A DNA stretch of 64,000 nucleotides from a virus. The stretch lies in the IMG/VR virus record IMGVR_UViG_3300045988_117831. One strand, 5' to 3'. The notes beneath the pieces were generated by a model, which made no database searches, had not been told where the DNA came from, and saw only the letters and a list, made by a program, of their open reading frames with translations. The position numbers and the translations under genes were made by a program. Of this stretch, positions 1 through 8,872 are shown piece by piece (position 1 is the first letter of the stretch; each line of letters begins with the position of its first letter).

Positions 1-1
1 C

Positions 2-1816
2 TTCCGTGAAAAGTATGAGATCGCGTCCGCCTGCATGGGCGACCTCGAAATTCACCCATCCCACTCTGGAGTCCACGCGGCAGGCATCCTGGTCTGCAAC
101 GATGAAGTCATCGACTTCTGTACGGTGACTTCCGAAGGCGTTGCGCAGCTCGACAAGCCCGATTCGGAATATCTGAATCTCCTCAAAATTGACGCGCTTG
201 GACTTCGAACTTTGGGAGTCATCCAGGACGCGAACTGCGTGACCGCGCAAGAGTTGTACGACTTGCCTTTGAACGACAAGGCGGTTCTGGACGTTCTCAA
301 TGAAGACAAAATGTCCGGCATCTTCCAGTTCGAAGGGCAGGCCGTTCGCTCGGTAGCAAACGCGATCAACATCACCGCGTTCGAGAACATCGACCACATC
401 ACGGCGCTCACCCGTCCGGGTCCGTTGTCTTCTGGTATGGCAATCAAGTATATCAAGCGCGTGGCCGGCCGCGAGCCTGTGACCTATACCATTCCGCAGG
501 TCGAGCAATATCTGTCAGGGACATACGGCGTTTTCCTATATCAGGAACAGATCATGTCCATCGTCAAGGACATCGGCCAGTTCGACTGGGAGCAAACATC
601 GGCAATCAGGAAAGCCATGTCTGCGCGAAAGGGTGAAGAGTTCTTCAACAAGCGCCGGGAATTGTTCATCGAGGGTGCCAAGACCATAGGCGTCGCCCCA
701 GACGATGCTCACCGTGTGTGGCAGGAAATGGTGACTTTCGGCGCCTGGGGATTCAACCGCTCCCACTCGGTAAGCTATGCCGTGGTGACATACTGGACCT
801 GCTACATGAAGCGATATCATCGCCTGGAATACGCGGCCGCGTGTCTTCGGGCGGCGAAAGACGACCAGCAAACTGTGTCCATCCTTCGCGAATTGGCCAA
901 GGAAGGCGTAGAATATACGGCCCTGGACCCGGAGCATTCCGAACTTAACTGGGTAGTGGCGGATGGACGCTTGATCGGCGGCATCATGAACGCCAAAGGC
1001 TTTGGCCCGGCGAAGGCAGAGAAGTTCCTGCGCCTTCGTGATGACGTCAAGGCCGCGAGGATCGCCCTGGCCAATTGCCCGATATCGGCACAGGATGTTG
1101 AGGACAAGGCTGCTGATGTAGCAGCTCTGGAAGCCCAGATTCTTTCGGCGAAAATCAGCCAAGACAAAGAACTGGAGAAACTGTTGAAGGCCGATCTGAA
1201 GGAGTTGAAGGCCGATCTTAAGGGGCTGAAGGCTCAATATAAAGAGCTGGCAGGCACCCACCTGAAGACGCTTCAGGATTGGGAGAAAGTCGCCGCGAGT
1301 CTGTCGAATTCTGAAGTTCAATTCGCAGATTTGAACGAAGCTCACACGCTCTGGGGTCATGCTTATGACAATCCGGAGCTGGTTGGAGTAACTTCCGGAA
1401 ACCCCATTCGGAACATTCGGGATATCCGCGATGGAGATGATGGTCTGGTCATTGTCAAGATGGTGAAAAAAGTTCTGTCTGATGAGAACGAACCGATTCG
1501 CCAGAAGAAGAGGGCCGATCAAGGGAAAAACCCGGTGTACAAGGGCCAGTCGCAGTTTCTCGACATCATGTGCGTTGATGACTCGGTTGATCAGCCGATA
1601 CATTTCAGAATTCGGCCTGAAAAATATCTGCAATACGGAAAGCAGATTGCTGAAGGGACGCCGACAGGTTCTTGGTTCCTCATCAAAGGCTGGAAGCTCA
1701 GCGGAATCGATATGTTCATCGTGAAGGCCGTCAAGCGGATTTTGACCGAACGCGAAAAAGCAAAGCTGGCAGCGCAAGCAGAGAAAGTTTCCAAAGAGGG
1801 CGAAGGTGATGAATGA
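2..1816 (+). CDS. dnaE: DnaE-type DNA polymerase III alpha subunit-like replicative polymerase, C-terminal ~605 codons (5' end lies upstream of the window)
   Basis: The reading frame is open from position 2 with no start codon. Motifs match Pol III alpha in order: HAAG..IDF, KIDALGLRTL, FQFEG, TRPGPLSSGM, YQEQIMS, and the fingers motif FGAWGFNRSHSVSYAVVTYWTCYMKRYH (cf. FAGYGFNKSHSAAYAL..). The C-terminus has a coiled-coil KADLKELKADLKGLK repeat. Confidence 0.88.
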   Translation, partial: FREKYEIASACMGDLEIHPSHSGVHAAGILVCNDEVIDFCTVTSEGVAQLDKPDSEYLNLLKIDALGLRTLGVIQDANCVTAQELYDLPLNDKAVLDVLNEDKMSGIFQFEGQAVRSVANAINITAFENIDHITALTRPGPLSSGMAIKYIKRVAGREPVTYTIPQVEQYLSGTYGVFLYQEQIMSIVKDIGQFDWEQTSAIRKAMSARKGEEFFNKRRELFIEGAKTIGVAPDDAHRVWQEMVTFGAWGFNRSHSVSYAVVTYWTCYMKRYHRLEYAAACLRAAKDDQQTVSILRELAKEGVEYTALDPEHSELNWVVADGRLIGGIMNAKGFGPAKAEKFLRLRDDVKAARIALANCPISAQDVEDKAADVAALEAQILSAKISQDKELEKLLKADLKELKADLKGLKAQYKELAGTHLKTLQDWEKVAASLSNSEVQFADLNEAHTLWGHAYDNPELVGVTSGNPIRNIRDIRDGDDGLVIVKMVKKVLSDENEPIRQKKRADQGKNPVYKGQSQFLDIMCVDDSVDQPIHFRIRPEKYLQYGKQIAEGTPTGSWFLIKGWKLSGIDMFIVKAVKRILTEREKAKLAAQAEKVSKEGEGDE

Positions 1817-2219
1817 TCGCGAAACGAAAGCGGCGAATGCGTTTAAGCAGCGCTCGCTCGGCCGAATCCTGATCGACTTTCTGGAGACGCGGCGGTCTGG
1901 CATGTCCGATTCGATCTGCCTGAATCGTCGAGGTGTCCAGTTCTGGGTCGAGTTCAAGGCTTTGGAGGAGTGGCCGAAACGCGCTTCCACCTGCCCAATG
2001 GCCAGATGTTTCGAACCTGGGCAAATCCCTTTTCTTCGGGAGCGGATCGGCTGGGGTGGCCGGGGCTTCGTCCTGGCCAAGATCGGAACCGATTGGCTGC
2101 TGCTGAATCCTATGCTCGATTTGTTCGAGCTTAACAGCCGCGACTTGGTGGAAGTTGCGAGCTATGCAGAAGGACTGGATAACATTGTTCAGTTCCTCGC
2201 CGATTTGGAGAACAAATGA
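1806..2219 (+). CDS. VRR-NUC-like (PD-(D/E)xK) nuclease domain protein
   Basis: 137 aa. The pattern G-x-SD..L..(13)..F-V-E-F-K..Q..F resembles the VRR-NUC core. It overlaps the downstream SNF2 helicase gene by 4 nt (ATGA), a common phage pairing. Confidence 0.45.
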   Translation: MMNDRETKAANAFKQRSLGRILIDFLETRRSGMSDSICLNRRGVQFWVEFKALEEWPKRASTCPMARCFEPGQIPFLRERIGWGGRGFVLAKIGTDWLLLNPMLDLFELNSRDLVEVASYAEGLDNIVQFLADLENK

Positions 2220-3775
2220 AAGCCAAAACATATCCCGTCAAGGGCATGAAGACCGAGGCCATGCAGCACCAATTCAATGCCCTGGCAGCGTCCCTGAACA
2301 AACGGAACTTCGCATACCTGATGGAGCAGGGCACCGGGAAGACTTGGACGACTTTGGCCGATGCCGTTCGCCTCTTCCTACAGGGGCGCGTGGACGCGCT
2401 GCTCATCGTCGCCCCCAAGGGCGTCCACACCAACTGGATTCTGCGCGAGATTCCCACCCACGTCGCGATCAAGACTTTGAGCGTGGATTGGCGCGGCCGA
2501 CCGACTTCCAAAAAGGCCAGGGCGCGCTTGGACCGTCTGTATTCCGAGACGTTCGCAGATGAAAAAGTTCTTCGCGTCTTCGCCATCAACGTTGACGCAA
2601 TCAACCACCAGGCTGGCTATGATGAGGTCGAGCGATTCCTTGATACATTCAAAGTTTGCGCAATTGTGGACGAGTCAACGAGGATCAAAAACCCACAAGC
2701 CAAGCGTGCGAAAAAGATAGTAAAGCTGGGCGAGAAGGCCGTGGCCCGTCGCATCCTTTCCGGAACTCCTCTGACGCGGGCACCGACCGATTTGTTCATG
2801 CAGTTCCAATTCTTGCGGAATGGAATTCTGGGGACTAAATCCTATCGGGCGTTTGTGGCCGAATTTTCCGTCTTGGTGCCCAGTGACGATCCTCGAATGA
2901 TCGCTATCATGCGCAAGCTGGAAGGGAAGCAAACCATGCCGCCGCAACTCGTCGAAAAAGACGATTATGGGCGCCCGGTATTCCGGAACCTGGACAAGCT
3001 GCGATCCCTGATCGAGCCGCACAGCTTCCGGGTCACGAAGAAGGAAGCATTGCCATTCCTGCCGGACAAGGTGTACAAGCGCATATACTTCGAAATGTCG
3101 CCGGAGCAACGAAAGGTTTACCAGCGCGTGGAAGAAGACTACCACTTTGTTCTCCAGAACGAAGATTTCATGCTTGATGTATCTTTCGATGCTGCGGCAG
3201 CGCGTTCGAAGCTCAAGCAAGTTGCGTCCGGCTATATCAACGTCTATGGTGAGCCGGTGATCCTGCCGCCCGAAGACAACCCGCGATTCGCCGTGTTTAC
3301 TGATCTTCTGGAGGGTCTGCTGGAGGAAGACCAGGAGCGCTCCATCATCATCTGGGCCATGCGCATTCAGGAAATCGACCAGATCAAGGCGTATCTGGAG
3401 GCCCAAGGAATTTCGTTTGGCACATACTACGGCGAGACCAAAGAGGCCGAGCGGGAAAAATTGATCGACGATTTCCAGGCCAAGCGCGTCCAGGTGTTCC
3501 TGGGCAACCCGGCCGCAGCAGGGATCGGGATCACGCTCACGGCCGCAGACGTGGCCATCTACTACACGACCGACGAAGACAACGAGCTGCGGATGCAGTC
3601 CGAAGACCGAAATCATCGAATCGGCACCGTCAACTCGGTTCTGTACTTCGACCTGATCTGTCTGGATTCCATCGACGAGAAAATCCAGGTCAGCTTGGAG
3701 TGGAAACGCAACCTGGCAAGTTATGTCGTTGATGGCGTGTTTGAGGCTGACGTTAGCACTCGCGACGAAATTTAA
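2216..3775 (+). CDS. SNF2-family DNA helicase/ATPase
   Basis: Walker A EQGTGKT, motif II DESTRIKN, SNF2 C-terminal helicase motifs (..AAAGIGITLT.., SEDRNHRIGT). 519 aa. Confidence 0.9.
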   Translation: MKAKTYPVKGMKTEAMQHQFNALAASLNKRNFAYLMEQGTGKTWTTLADAVRLFLQGRVDALLIVAPKGVHTNWILREIPTHVAIKTLSVDWRGRPTSKKARARLDRLYSETFADEKVLRVFAINVDAINHQAGYDEVERFLDTFKVCAIVDESTRIKNPQAKRAKKIVKLGEKAVARRILSGTPLTRAPTDLFMQFQFLRNGILGTKSYRAFVAEFSVLVPSDDPRMIAIMRKLEGKQTMPPQLVEKDDYGRPVFRNLDKLRSLIEPHSFRVTKKEALPFLPDKVYKRIYFEMSPEQRKVYQRVEEDYHFVLQNEDFMLDVSFDAAAARSKLKQVASGYINVYGEPVILPPEDNPRFAVFTDLLEGLLEEDQERSIIIWAMRIQEIDQIKAYLEAQGISFGTYYGETKEAEREKLIDDFQAKRVQVFLGNPAAAGIGITLTAADVAIYYTTDEDNELRMQSEDRNHRIGTVNSVLYFDLICLDSIDEKIQVSLEWKRNLASYVVDGVFEADVSTRDEI

Positions 3776-3869
3776 TATGTAAATCAGTAGCCGTATCAAG
3801 GAAGATGCGGCATAATATCTACTCAATACTTGGTTCAAGTAAGGGAACATCACTAAGTTGGAGGCGGAC

Positions 3870-4490
3870 ATGAAAGAGCAAGAGCTTGAAATCCCGGAAT
3901 ACTTGAAAGAGAACGCGCCGGGCGAAATCGACTATTTTGGCGTCATGGATGAAATGGCGGTTGAAGCCACCGACATCGGCCATCGACTGCTGAACCTGGT
4001 GGACAAGGCTTCGCAGCTGGACGTCGAAATCCTCGATCTTCAAAAGGCGCTGGCCGAAAAGGAAGAGGAGCTGAAAACCCTCAAGCGCAACACCATTCCG
4101 GAGCTGCTGGAGGAGCTTGGTCAAAAGACCACTACTCTGGCTGACGGTCGCACGGTCAAAGTCGAGCCGAAGGCCATCATTTCCGTCAAAGAAGAGAACA
4201 AATCGAAGTTCTGGAAGTGGCTGGAAGAAACCGACAACGACGGCATCATCAAGACCAAGGTTCTGGCCGAATTCGGTCGCGGCGAAATGGAAGATGCGAA
4301 GAAGGCGGCCGAGGCTATCATTGAGGCCGGCTATGACGCCACCATCAACCGCGATGTCCACTACCAGACCCTCCAGGCGTTCGGTCGCGAGTATTTGGAG
4401 AAGGGCGAAGAGCTGCCAGATTTCATCGGCGTGCACGAATACAAAGAGGCCAAAATCACGAAACCGAAGGTGAAAAAGAGCAAATCTTAA
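3870..4490 (+). CDS. coiled-coil Lys/Glu-rich protein, Siphovirus-Gp157-like architecture (recombination-module accessory?)
   Basis: GGAGG SD sits 5 nt upstream of the ATG at 3870; the ORF-track M at 3858 is a TTG. There is an N-terminal coiled coil and a basic C-terminus. It lies next to a putative annealing/ssDNA-binding gene. Confidence 0.45.
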   Translation: MKEQELEIPEYLKENAPGEIDYFGVMDEMAVEATDIGHRLLNLVDKASQLDVEILDLQKALAEKEEELKTLKRNTIPELLEELGQKTTTLADGRTVKVEPKAIISVKEENKSKFWKWLEETDNDGIIKTKVLAEFGRGEMEDAKKAAEAIIEAGYDATINRDVHYQTLQAFGREYLEKGEELPDFIGVHEYKEAKITKPKVKKSKS

Positions 4491-4502
4491 TATGTAATTT
4501 GC

Positions 4503-4530
4503 TTTACTTAGTTGCAACTTCCGTTATTAT
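4503..4530 (+). promoter_or_regulatory. sigma70-like promoter of the conserved TTTACT family (TTTACT-16 nt-TATTAT)
   Basis: TGCTTTACTT box plus TATTAT, about 45 nt upstream of the ATG at 4579. Same -35 box as eight other copies in the window. Confidence 0.5.
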
Positions 4531-4578
4531 AAACCCACAGTTAGCGATAACTGAAATTCGACAAACAAGGAGCCTAAC

Positions 4579-5478
4579 ATGGCTGGTAAGAAAACCGAAA
4601 CTTCCGAAGCAACCGAAGAAACCAAGGCCGTAGCAGTTGCCACCGGTGGCGGCGCCGTCGCAACTACCGAAGTTCCCGACTTCATGGATTTGGGATCGTA
4701 TGACGGCGCAGGCTTCGAAGGCGCCGATGCCGAGTCCTATGCCATCCCCTTCATCCAGGTTCTGCAGAAGATGTCTCCCCAGGTCGATGAAGATGACCCG
4801 AAGTACATCGAAGGCGCGAAGGCCGGCATGTTCCTGAACACCGTCACCGGCAAGATTTACGACGGCAAGACCGGCCTGCTGATCATTCCGGCCGCGTACC
4901 GCCGCGAGTTCATCCGCTGGGCCGGTCGCGAGGCCGAGGGCGGTTTCAAGGGCGCCATCAGCGTCGAAGACTTCAAGGAAATGATGAAAGACCCGACCAA
5001 GGTGAAGGAAGTCGAAGGACGCCTGTACGCGCCGAACGAAGACGGTTCGGTCAGCGACAAGAAGTCTGACTACTTCGCCGACACCCGTGGTCATTACGTC
5101 ATCGTCATCGATCCGGACACCGGCGATTTCGGCCAGGCTCTGATCTCCCTGTCGTCTTCGCAGATCAAGGCCTCGAAGAAGCTCATGACCGCGCTGTCCC
5201 AGAAAAAGGTTCAGACCCCGCAGGGCCTGCGCACCCCGCCGACTTTCGCCAACCTGGTCCGCATGACCACCGTAGGCATGTCGAACGACAAGGGCAGCTG
5301 GTCCGGCGTCCAGTTCGAGCTGGAAGGCCTGGTGAAGAACCCGGATCACTTCAAGGCTGCGGCCGACCTGTACAAGTCGTTCGTCGGCGGCGAGGTGAAG
5401 GTGGACTACAGCAAGCAGGAACAGCCTCGCAGTGACGCCGGTGGCGTCGGCGATGCGACCGAAGCCGAAGAGTTCTAA
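4579..5478 (+). CDS. hypothetical protein with low-complexity N-terminus and acidic C-terminal tail (possible ssDNA-binding / single-strand annealing protein)
   Basis: 299 aa, strong SD AAGGAG. The tail ..GDATEAEEF-COOH is SSB/SSAP-like. Position is in the replication operon directly after the Gp157-like gene. No catalytic motif recognised. Confidence 0.6.
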   Translation: MAGKKTETSEATEETKAVAVATGGGAVATTEVPDFMDLGSYDGAGFEGADAESYAIPFIQVLQKMSPQVDEDDPKYIEGAKAGMFLNTVTGKIYDGKTGLLIIPAAYRREFIRWAGREAEGGFKGAISVEDFKEMMKDPTKVKEVEGRLYAPNEDGSVSDKKSDYFADTRGHYVIVIDPDTGDFGQALISLSSSQIKASKKLMTALSQKKVQTPQGLRTPPTFANLVRMTTVGMSNDKGSWSGVQFELEGLVKNPDHFKAAADLYKSFVGGEVKVDYSKQEQPRSDAGGVGDATEAEEF

Positions 5479-5491
5479 ATCACCGGCCGGA

Positions 5492-5524
5492 GAAAGGCGC
5501 TGTAATGGCGCCTTTCTTTTGAGG
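5492..5524 (+). terminator. intrinsic terminator
   Basis: Hairpin AAAGGCGC-tgtaatg-GCGCCTTT followed by CTTTTG. Confidence 0.6.
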
Positions 5525-5531
5525 AGTCGAA

Positions 5532-6137
5532 ATGGACTGGAAAGACATAGGTAGTAAGATCGGCGCGGCAGCCCCGGCGTTGGGATCGCTCCTGGGTGGG
5601 CCTGCAGGCGCCGCCGTTGGCTCTATCGTCGCGACGGCGCTGGGGTCGAAGGCCGACCCAGCCTCAGTCGCGAGCGCTCTAGACGCGAATCCGGAAGCTC
5701 TAGCGCGCCTCGCCGAACTCCAGAGCGCCGAGCGCGTTCGTCTCCAGGAGCTTGCGATTCAAGCCGAACAAAATCGCCTTCAGTCTGAGCAGAATCAGCT
5801 CCAGGCCGAGCTTAGCCAGTTCGCCGCAGAGGCGGCAGACAGGGATTCGGCGAGGAGGCTTGCCGCGCAGCAGAACGATTTCGTTCGCCCGGCGATTACA
5901 TTCGCTCTTCTGACAGGCTCCATTCTCATCATCATCGCAATCTTCACCTTCGGCCGCGAGGCGCTGATGGACCCGACTTCCTCTGTCGCCATCGGCACAA
6001 TCATCGGCTATTGGTTCGCCGAACTGAAGTCTGTTATGGCCTTCTATTTTGGCACAACCAAGGACGGATCGCGCCAGAGCACGGCATCCATCATCAACGC
6101 AGTCAAATCCCAAATACAGAAGGAATCGAAAGAATGA
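5532..6137 (+). CDS. Gly-rich N-terminal, 2-3 TM C-terminal membrane protein, resembling the '3TM holin' (GTA-holin-like) family
   Basis: GAGGAG SD. N-terminus LGSLLGGPAGAAVGS, an Ala/Gln coiled region, then hydrophobic segments PAITFALLTGSILIIIAIFTF and VAIGTIIGYWFAEL. Confidence 0.55.
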   Translation: MDWKDIGSKIGAAAPALGSLLGGPAGAAVGSIVATALGSKADPASVASALDANPEALARLAELQSAERVRLQELAIQAEQNRLQSEQNQLQAELSQFAAEAADRDSARRLAAQQNDFVRPAITFALLTGSILIIIAIFTFGREALMDPTSSVAIGTIIGYWFAELKSVMAFYFGTTKDGSRQSTASIINAVKSQIQKESKE

Positions 6138-6688
6138 ACATCGAACAAATCATGAGCCGCGAACTTCACGACCTGGTGGTTAAATGGGCTTCCGACCGTA
6201 ACCTGATCAAAGGCTCGTCTGCGAAAGATCAATTCCTGAAGTTGGTCGAAGAGTTCGCAGAAGTATGCGAAGCCTGGGTTCAGAACAACCCGGTCGATGT
6301 GAAAGATGGCATCGGCGACGTAATGGTGGTTGCCACGATCATGGCCGCGCAACTCGGCGAAAATCTGTTCGATCATCTGTCGGCCTTCATCGAGAGCGGC
6401 GAAGTACATCCCACCTACGGCGACGATTTGCAGCGCCTCGGCGATCTGGCAGGCGCTCTGGCACGTGGAAATCATGGGTTGGCCATCAAGAGCCTGGTAT
6501 CGGCCGCCATGACTCTGTTCGACGTGACGGAAGAGCCTGACACCACCATGCTCGCCTGCTACGCTGCTGCCTACGACACCATCAAGGATCGCAAAGGCGT
6601 CATGTACGACGGCGTGTTCATCAAGGAGTCGGATGAGCTCTATGCGTCGATCATGGCCGAACTGAACCACGCCAACGAAACCATCTGA
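6134..6688 (+). CDS. mazG: MazG-like all-alpha NTP pyrophosphohydrolase
   Basis: EExxE-type motif KLVEEFAEVCEAW and downstream DGIGDVMVV. The ATG at 6134 overlaps the upstream stop (ATGA) and has an AAGGAA SD. The ORF-track start at 6011 is internal to the upstream gene. Confidence 0.7.
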   Translation: MNIEQIMSRELHDLVVKWASDRNLIKGSSAKDQFLKLVEEFAEVCEAWVQNNPVDVKDGIGDVMVVATIMAAQLGENLFDHLSAFIESGEVHPTYGDDLQRLGDLAGALARGNHGLAIKSLVSAAMTLFDVTEEPDTTMLACYAAAYDTIKDRKGVMYDGVFIKESDELYASIMAELNHANETI

Positions 6689-6705
6689 GCCGGCTTACCG
6701 CCATT

Positions 6706-6733
6706 TAGCCCGGTTCGCCGGGCTTCTTTTCTG
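6706..6733 (+). terminator. intrinsic terminator
   Basis: GCCCGG-ttcg-CCGGGC followed by TTCTTTTCT. Confidence 0.6.
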
Positions 6734-6742
6734 GAGAACTGT

Positions 6743-7654
6743 ATGAAACCCATGCTCGCATCGAATTTTGACCCGAAGCTGCTGGAAGGCCAACTGCCGA
6801 TGTATTTCTCGCCGAAGATCGATGGATTTCGCTGCTTCGTATTCGAAGGCGAGGCGCTGACTCGTCAACTCAAGCGGCATAACAATCAATCGATCTACGA
6901 ATACCTCAGCGATAAACTGTTCAACGGCCTGGACGGCGAGCTGGTCTGCGGCGACATCAGCGACCCGAAAGTTTTCCAGAAGTCGTCCGGCGATCTTCGC
7001 CGCCACAGCGGTGAGCCGGACTGGTCTTTCCATGTGTTCGATGATTTCACCGATCATCGTGCACCGACCGAAGAGCGCCTAGCCAGGGCGGCCGAGCGCG
7101 TGAACTTCCTGCGTAACTGCCTCGGCTATGAGAGGATTCACCTGGTCGAGCAGGAACTGGTGACTTCCATCGAACAGTTCAGCGAAGTCGAGCGCCGCCA
7201 CACGATGCTGGGATTCGAAGGGTCCATGGGCAAGCGCGCTGATGGACTGTACAAGTTCGGTCGCTCGACTGCCAAGGAAGGGCACTGTGTGAAAGTCAAG
7301 CGATACGACTACGATGAAGCTGAGATCATCGACGTGGAAGAGTTGATGCACAACAACAATGAAGCTTTCATCAATGAACTTGGCCACACGGCCCGCTCCA
7401 GCCACGCAGAAAACCTGTCGCCGTCCGGAATGGTCGGTGCGTTCGTCTGCCGCAACGAACGTCTGTGGCCTGGAGTCACCTTCAACGTGTCGGCCTCCAG
7501 CCTGACCCACGACGAGAAACAGCGCCGCTGGAATGACAGGGAGTATCTCAAGGGCCAGGTCATCCGGTTCAAGCACTTCTCCCATGGCGCCAAGGACAAG
7601 CCGAGACACGCCGTCTTCGATTGCTGGCTGGACGGGTGGGGCGGAAGTCACTGA
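6743..7654 (+). CDS. ATP-dependent DNA ligase (small phage type)
   Basis: N-terminal MKPMLA. Motif I SPKIDGFR (KxDG), motif III DGELVCG, motif IV FEGSMGK, motif V CVKVKR. 303 aa. Confidence 0.85.
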   Translation: MKPMLASNFDPKLLEGQLPMYFSPKIDGFRCFVFEGEALTRQLKRHNNQSIYEYLSDKLFNGLDGELVCGDISDPKVFQKSSGDLRRHSGEPDWSFHVFDDFTDHRAPTEERLARAAERVNFLRNCLGYERIHLVEQELVTSIEQFSEVERRHTMLGFEGSMGKRADGLYKFGRSTAKEGHCVKVKRYDYDEAEIIDVEELMHNNNEAFINELGHTARSSHAENLSPSGMVGAFVCRNERLWPGVTFNVSASSLTHDEKQRRWNDREYLKGQVIRFKHFSHGAKDKPRHAVFDCWLDGWGGSH

Positions 7655-7679
7655 TCCTAGCGTACACTAGATCGAAATA

Positions 7680-7725
7680 AACCCGGACGCCTTGTCCTAC
7701 AGGCGATCCGGGTTTTCTCGTTTTA
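7680..7725 (+). terminator. intrinsic terminator
   Basis: CCCGGACGCC..GGCGATCCGGG hairpin followed by TTTTCTCGTTTT. Confidence 0.65.
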
Positions 7726-7933
7726 ATGTCGACAAATTAAGCCTTAGACCGGACCCGGCCGCCAGAGTTCCTTGGCCAGAAAGAAGGCGATTTAATATCG
7801 CGGTGCGTATCGTTAAACAGTTAAGCGCGAGCATTTTCGTCGAGTTATAATAACGCCCGACCCTTCCGACTAACACAGCGCATCCCCAAGCCATTATCGG
7901 GGTGAGGAGAAGACCGCAGACAGAGGACTAAAC

Positions 7934-8185
7934 ATGAAACGCAAAGAGCATCGCAAGCGCTTTCGGCCAAGAATCAGCCCAAGACTCCGGGAAGAGTTGA
8001 TATCCGTTCTGACCAAGATCATAGGCGAGACAGTCAAGGACAAGGTAGTAAGAGCGCTGTTAATCGGCGTTCTGAGTTCACTAGGGAACTATGTGGATTC
8101 GGTAACTCAGGAGGAGTCCGCCGCGCCGGTCGAGATCAAGATGGTTGAAGAGGCAAAGCCAGAAAGCAAAAAGGCCGCTGAATAA
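7934..8185 (+). CDS. small basic hypothetical protein (83 aa), isolated transcription unit
   Basis: ORF with SD (GAGGA), flanked by terminators on both sides. N-terminus is Arg/Lys-rich. Confidence 0.5.
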   Translation: MKRKEHRKRFRPRISPRLREELISVLTKIIGETVKDKVVRALLIGVLSSLGNYVDSVTQEESAAPVEIKMVEEAKPESKKAAE

Positions 8186-8200
8186 GCGGCCTTTTCTTTG
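8168..8200. terminator. bidirectional intrinsic terminator between convergent genes
   Basis: AAGGCCGC-tgaataa-GCGGCCTT has T-runs on both strands. The stop codon of the 7934 gene lies in the loop. Confidence 0.65.
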
Positions 8201-8209
8201 GGTGGAATG

Positions 8210-8872
8210 TCAGGAGCCTTGATTGATCGCGGCGATGGTCTTCATATAGCGGTTGATCCGGAGCTGGCCGTGGTTCGCATCGTTAGGCGCGGCGCCGTTG
8301 ATGGTTTTCACGACCAGGGAGAAGTTGTTGGACTCCGCCATGGGGATACAGCGATTGCGCCAGAAGAACCAGGCAGAAGACATCGACGCGCCGGCCGGAG
8401 TTTCCAGAAGCTCCGGTTTCTCCAGAACGTCCATGCCGGAGTCTTCGGCGAACAGGGAATAGTTCGACTTCCCGGTCAGCTGGATCAAGCCGCGCCCGCG
8501 ATACTTCCAACCATCGCCATCCTGCTCGCATCCATTACCCATGCGATCCGCGTACACGTTGTTGGCGATGGCGACCGGGTTACGGGCCAGGCGGTTCGCC
8601 AGAGCGTTCGGGACATACGGGCGGACTCGCGGGTCTACTGCGTACCGGCGAGGCCAGGTGTTGGCCAATCCTTGAGCGCTGTAGTTGAGATTCTCCACCA
8701 GACTTACCAGTCCGCCGGACTCGACGCCGATGTTGGCGAGGTAGGCCGCGATGGCTCGCGGTGACTCGATGTGGAACTTGTCCATGGCCGCCTGGACGTC
8801 ATCCAGCCACTTGATCGCCCGATCCGTGGTGCATCCGGTTCCTGTGATCAAAATATCCTTCGTTATTTTCAT
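8210..8872 (-). CDS. endolysin, glycoside hydrolase family 19 (chitinase-like lysozyme)
   Basis: GH19 catalytic-region signature ..GCEQDGDGWKYRGRGLIQLTGKSNY.. 220 aa. It is the last gene of the - strand virion/lysis operon. Confidence 0.85.
   Translation of the reverse strand: MKITKDILITGTGCTTDRAIKWLDDVQAAMDKFHIESPRAIAAYLANIGVESGGLVSLVENLNYSAQGLANTWPRRYAVDPRVRPYVPNALANRLARNPVAIANNVYADRMGNGCEQDGDGWKYRGRGLIQLTGKSNYSLFAEDSGMDVLEKPELLETPAGASMSSAWFFWRNRCIPMAESNNFSLVVKTINGAAPNDANHGQLRINRYMKTIAAINQGS

Noticed and set aside
536-2604. Long - strand ORFs (514 aa at 536-2080; 166 aa, 157 aa) antisense to the polymerase, VRR-NUC and helicase genes.
   Set aside because: These are typical high-GC antisense shadow ORFs. 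The + strand products carry unambiguous Pol III/SNF2 motifs.
3773-3815. TAATATGTAA stop-context shared by the 3' ends of the SNF2 and Gp157-like genes, and a CATAAT box at 3810-3815, as another family promoter.
   Set aside because: The 3773 copy lacks the TTTACT -35 box at the correct spacing. It may be a weak internal promoter, but evidence is insufficient. The 4488 copy is already covered by the 4503-4530 promoter call.
7655-7933. 280-bp non-coding region scanned for tRNA or small RNA genes.
   Set aside because: No cloverleaf-compatible arrangement with conserved GTTC/T-loop or anticodon stem was seen, only promoter-like and palindromic motifs.
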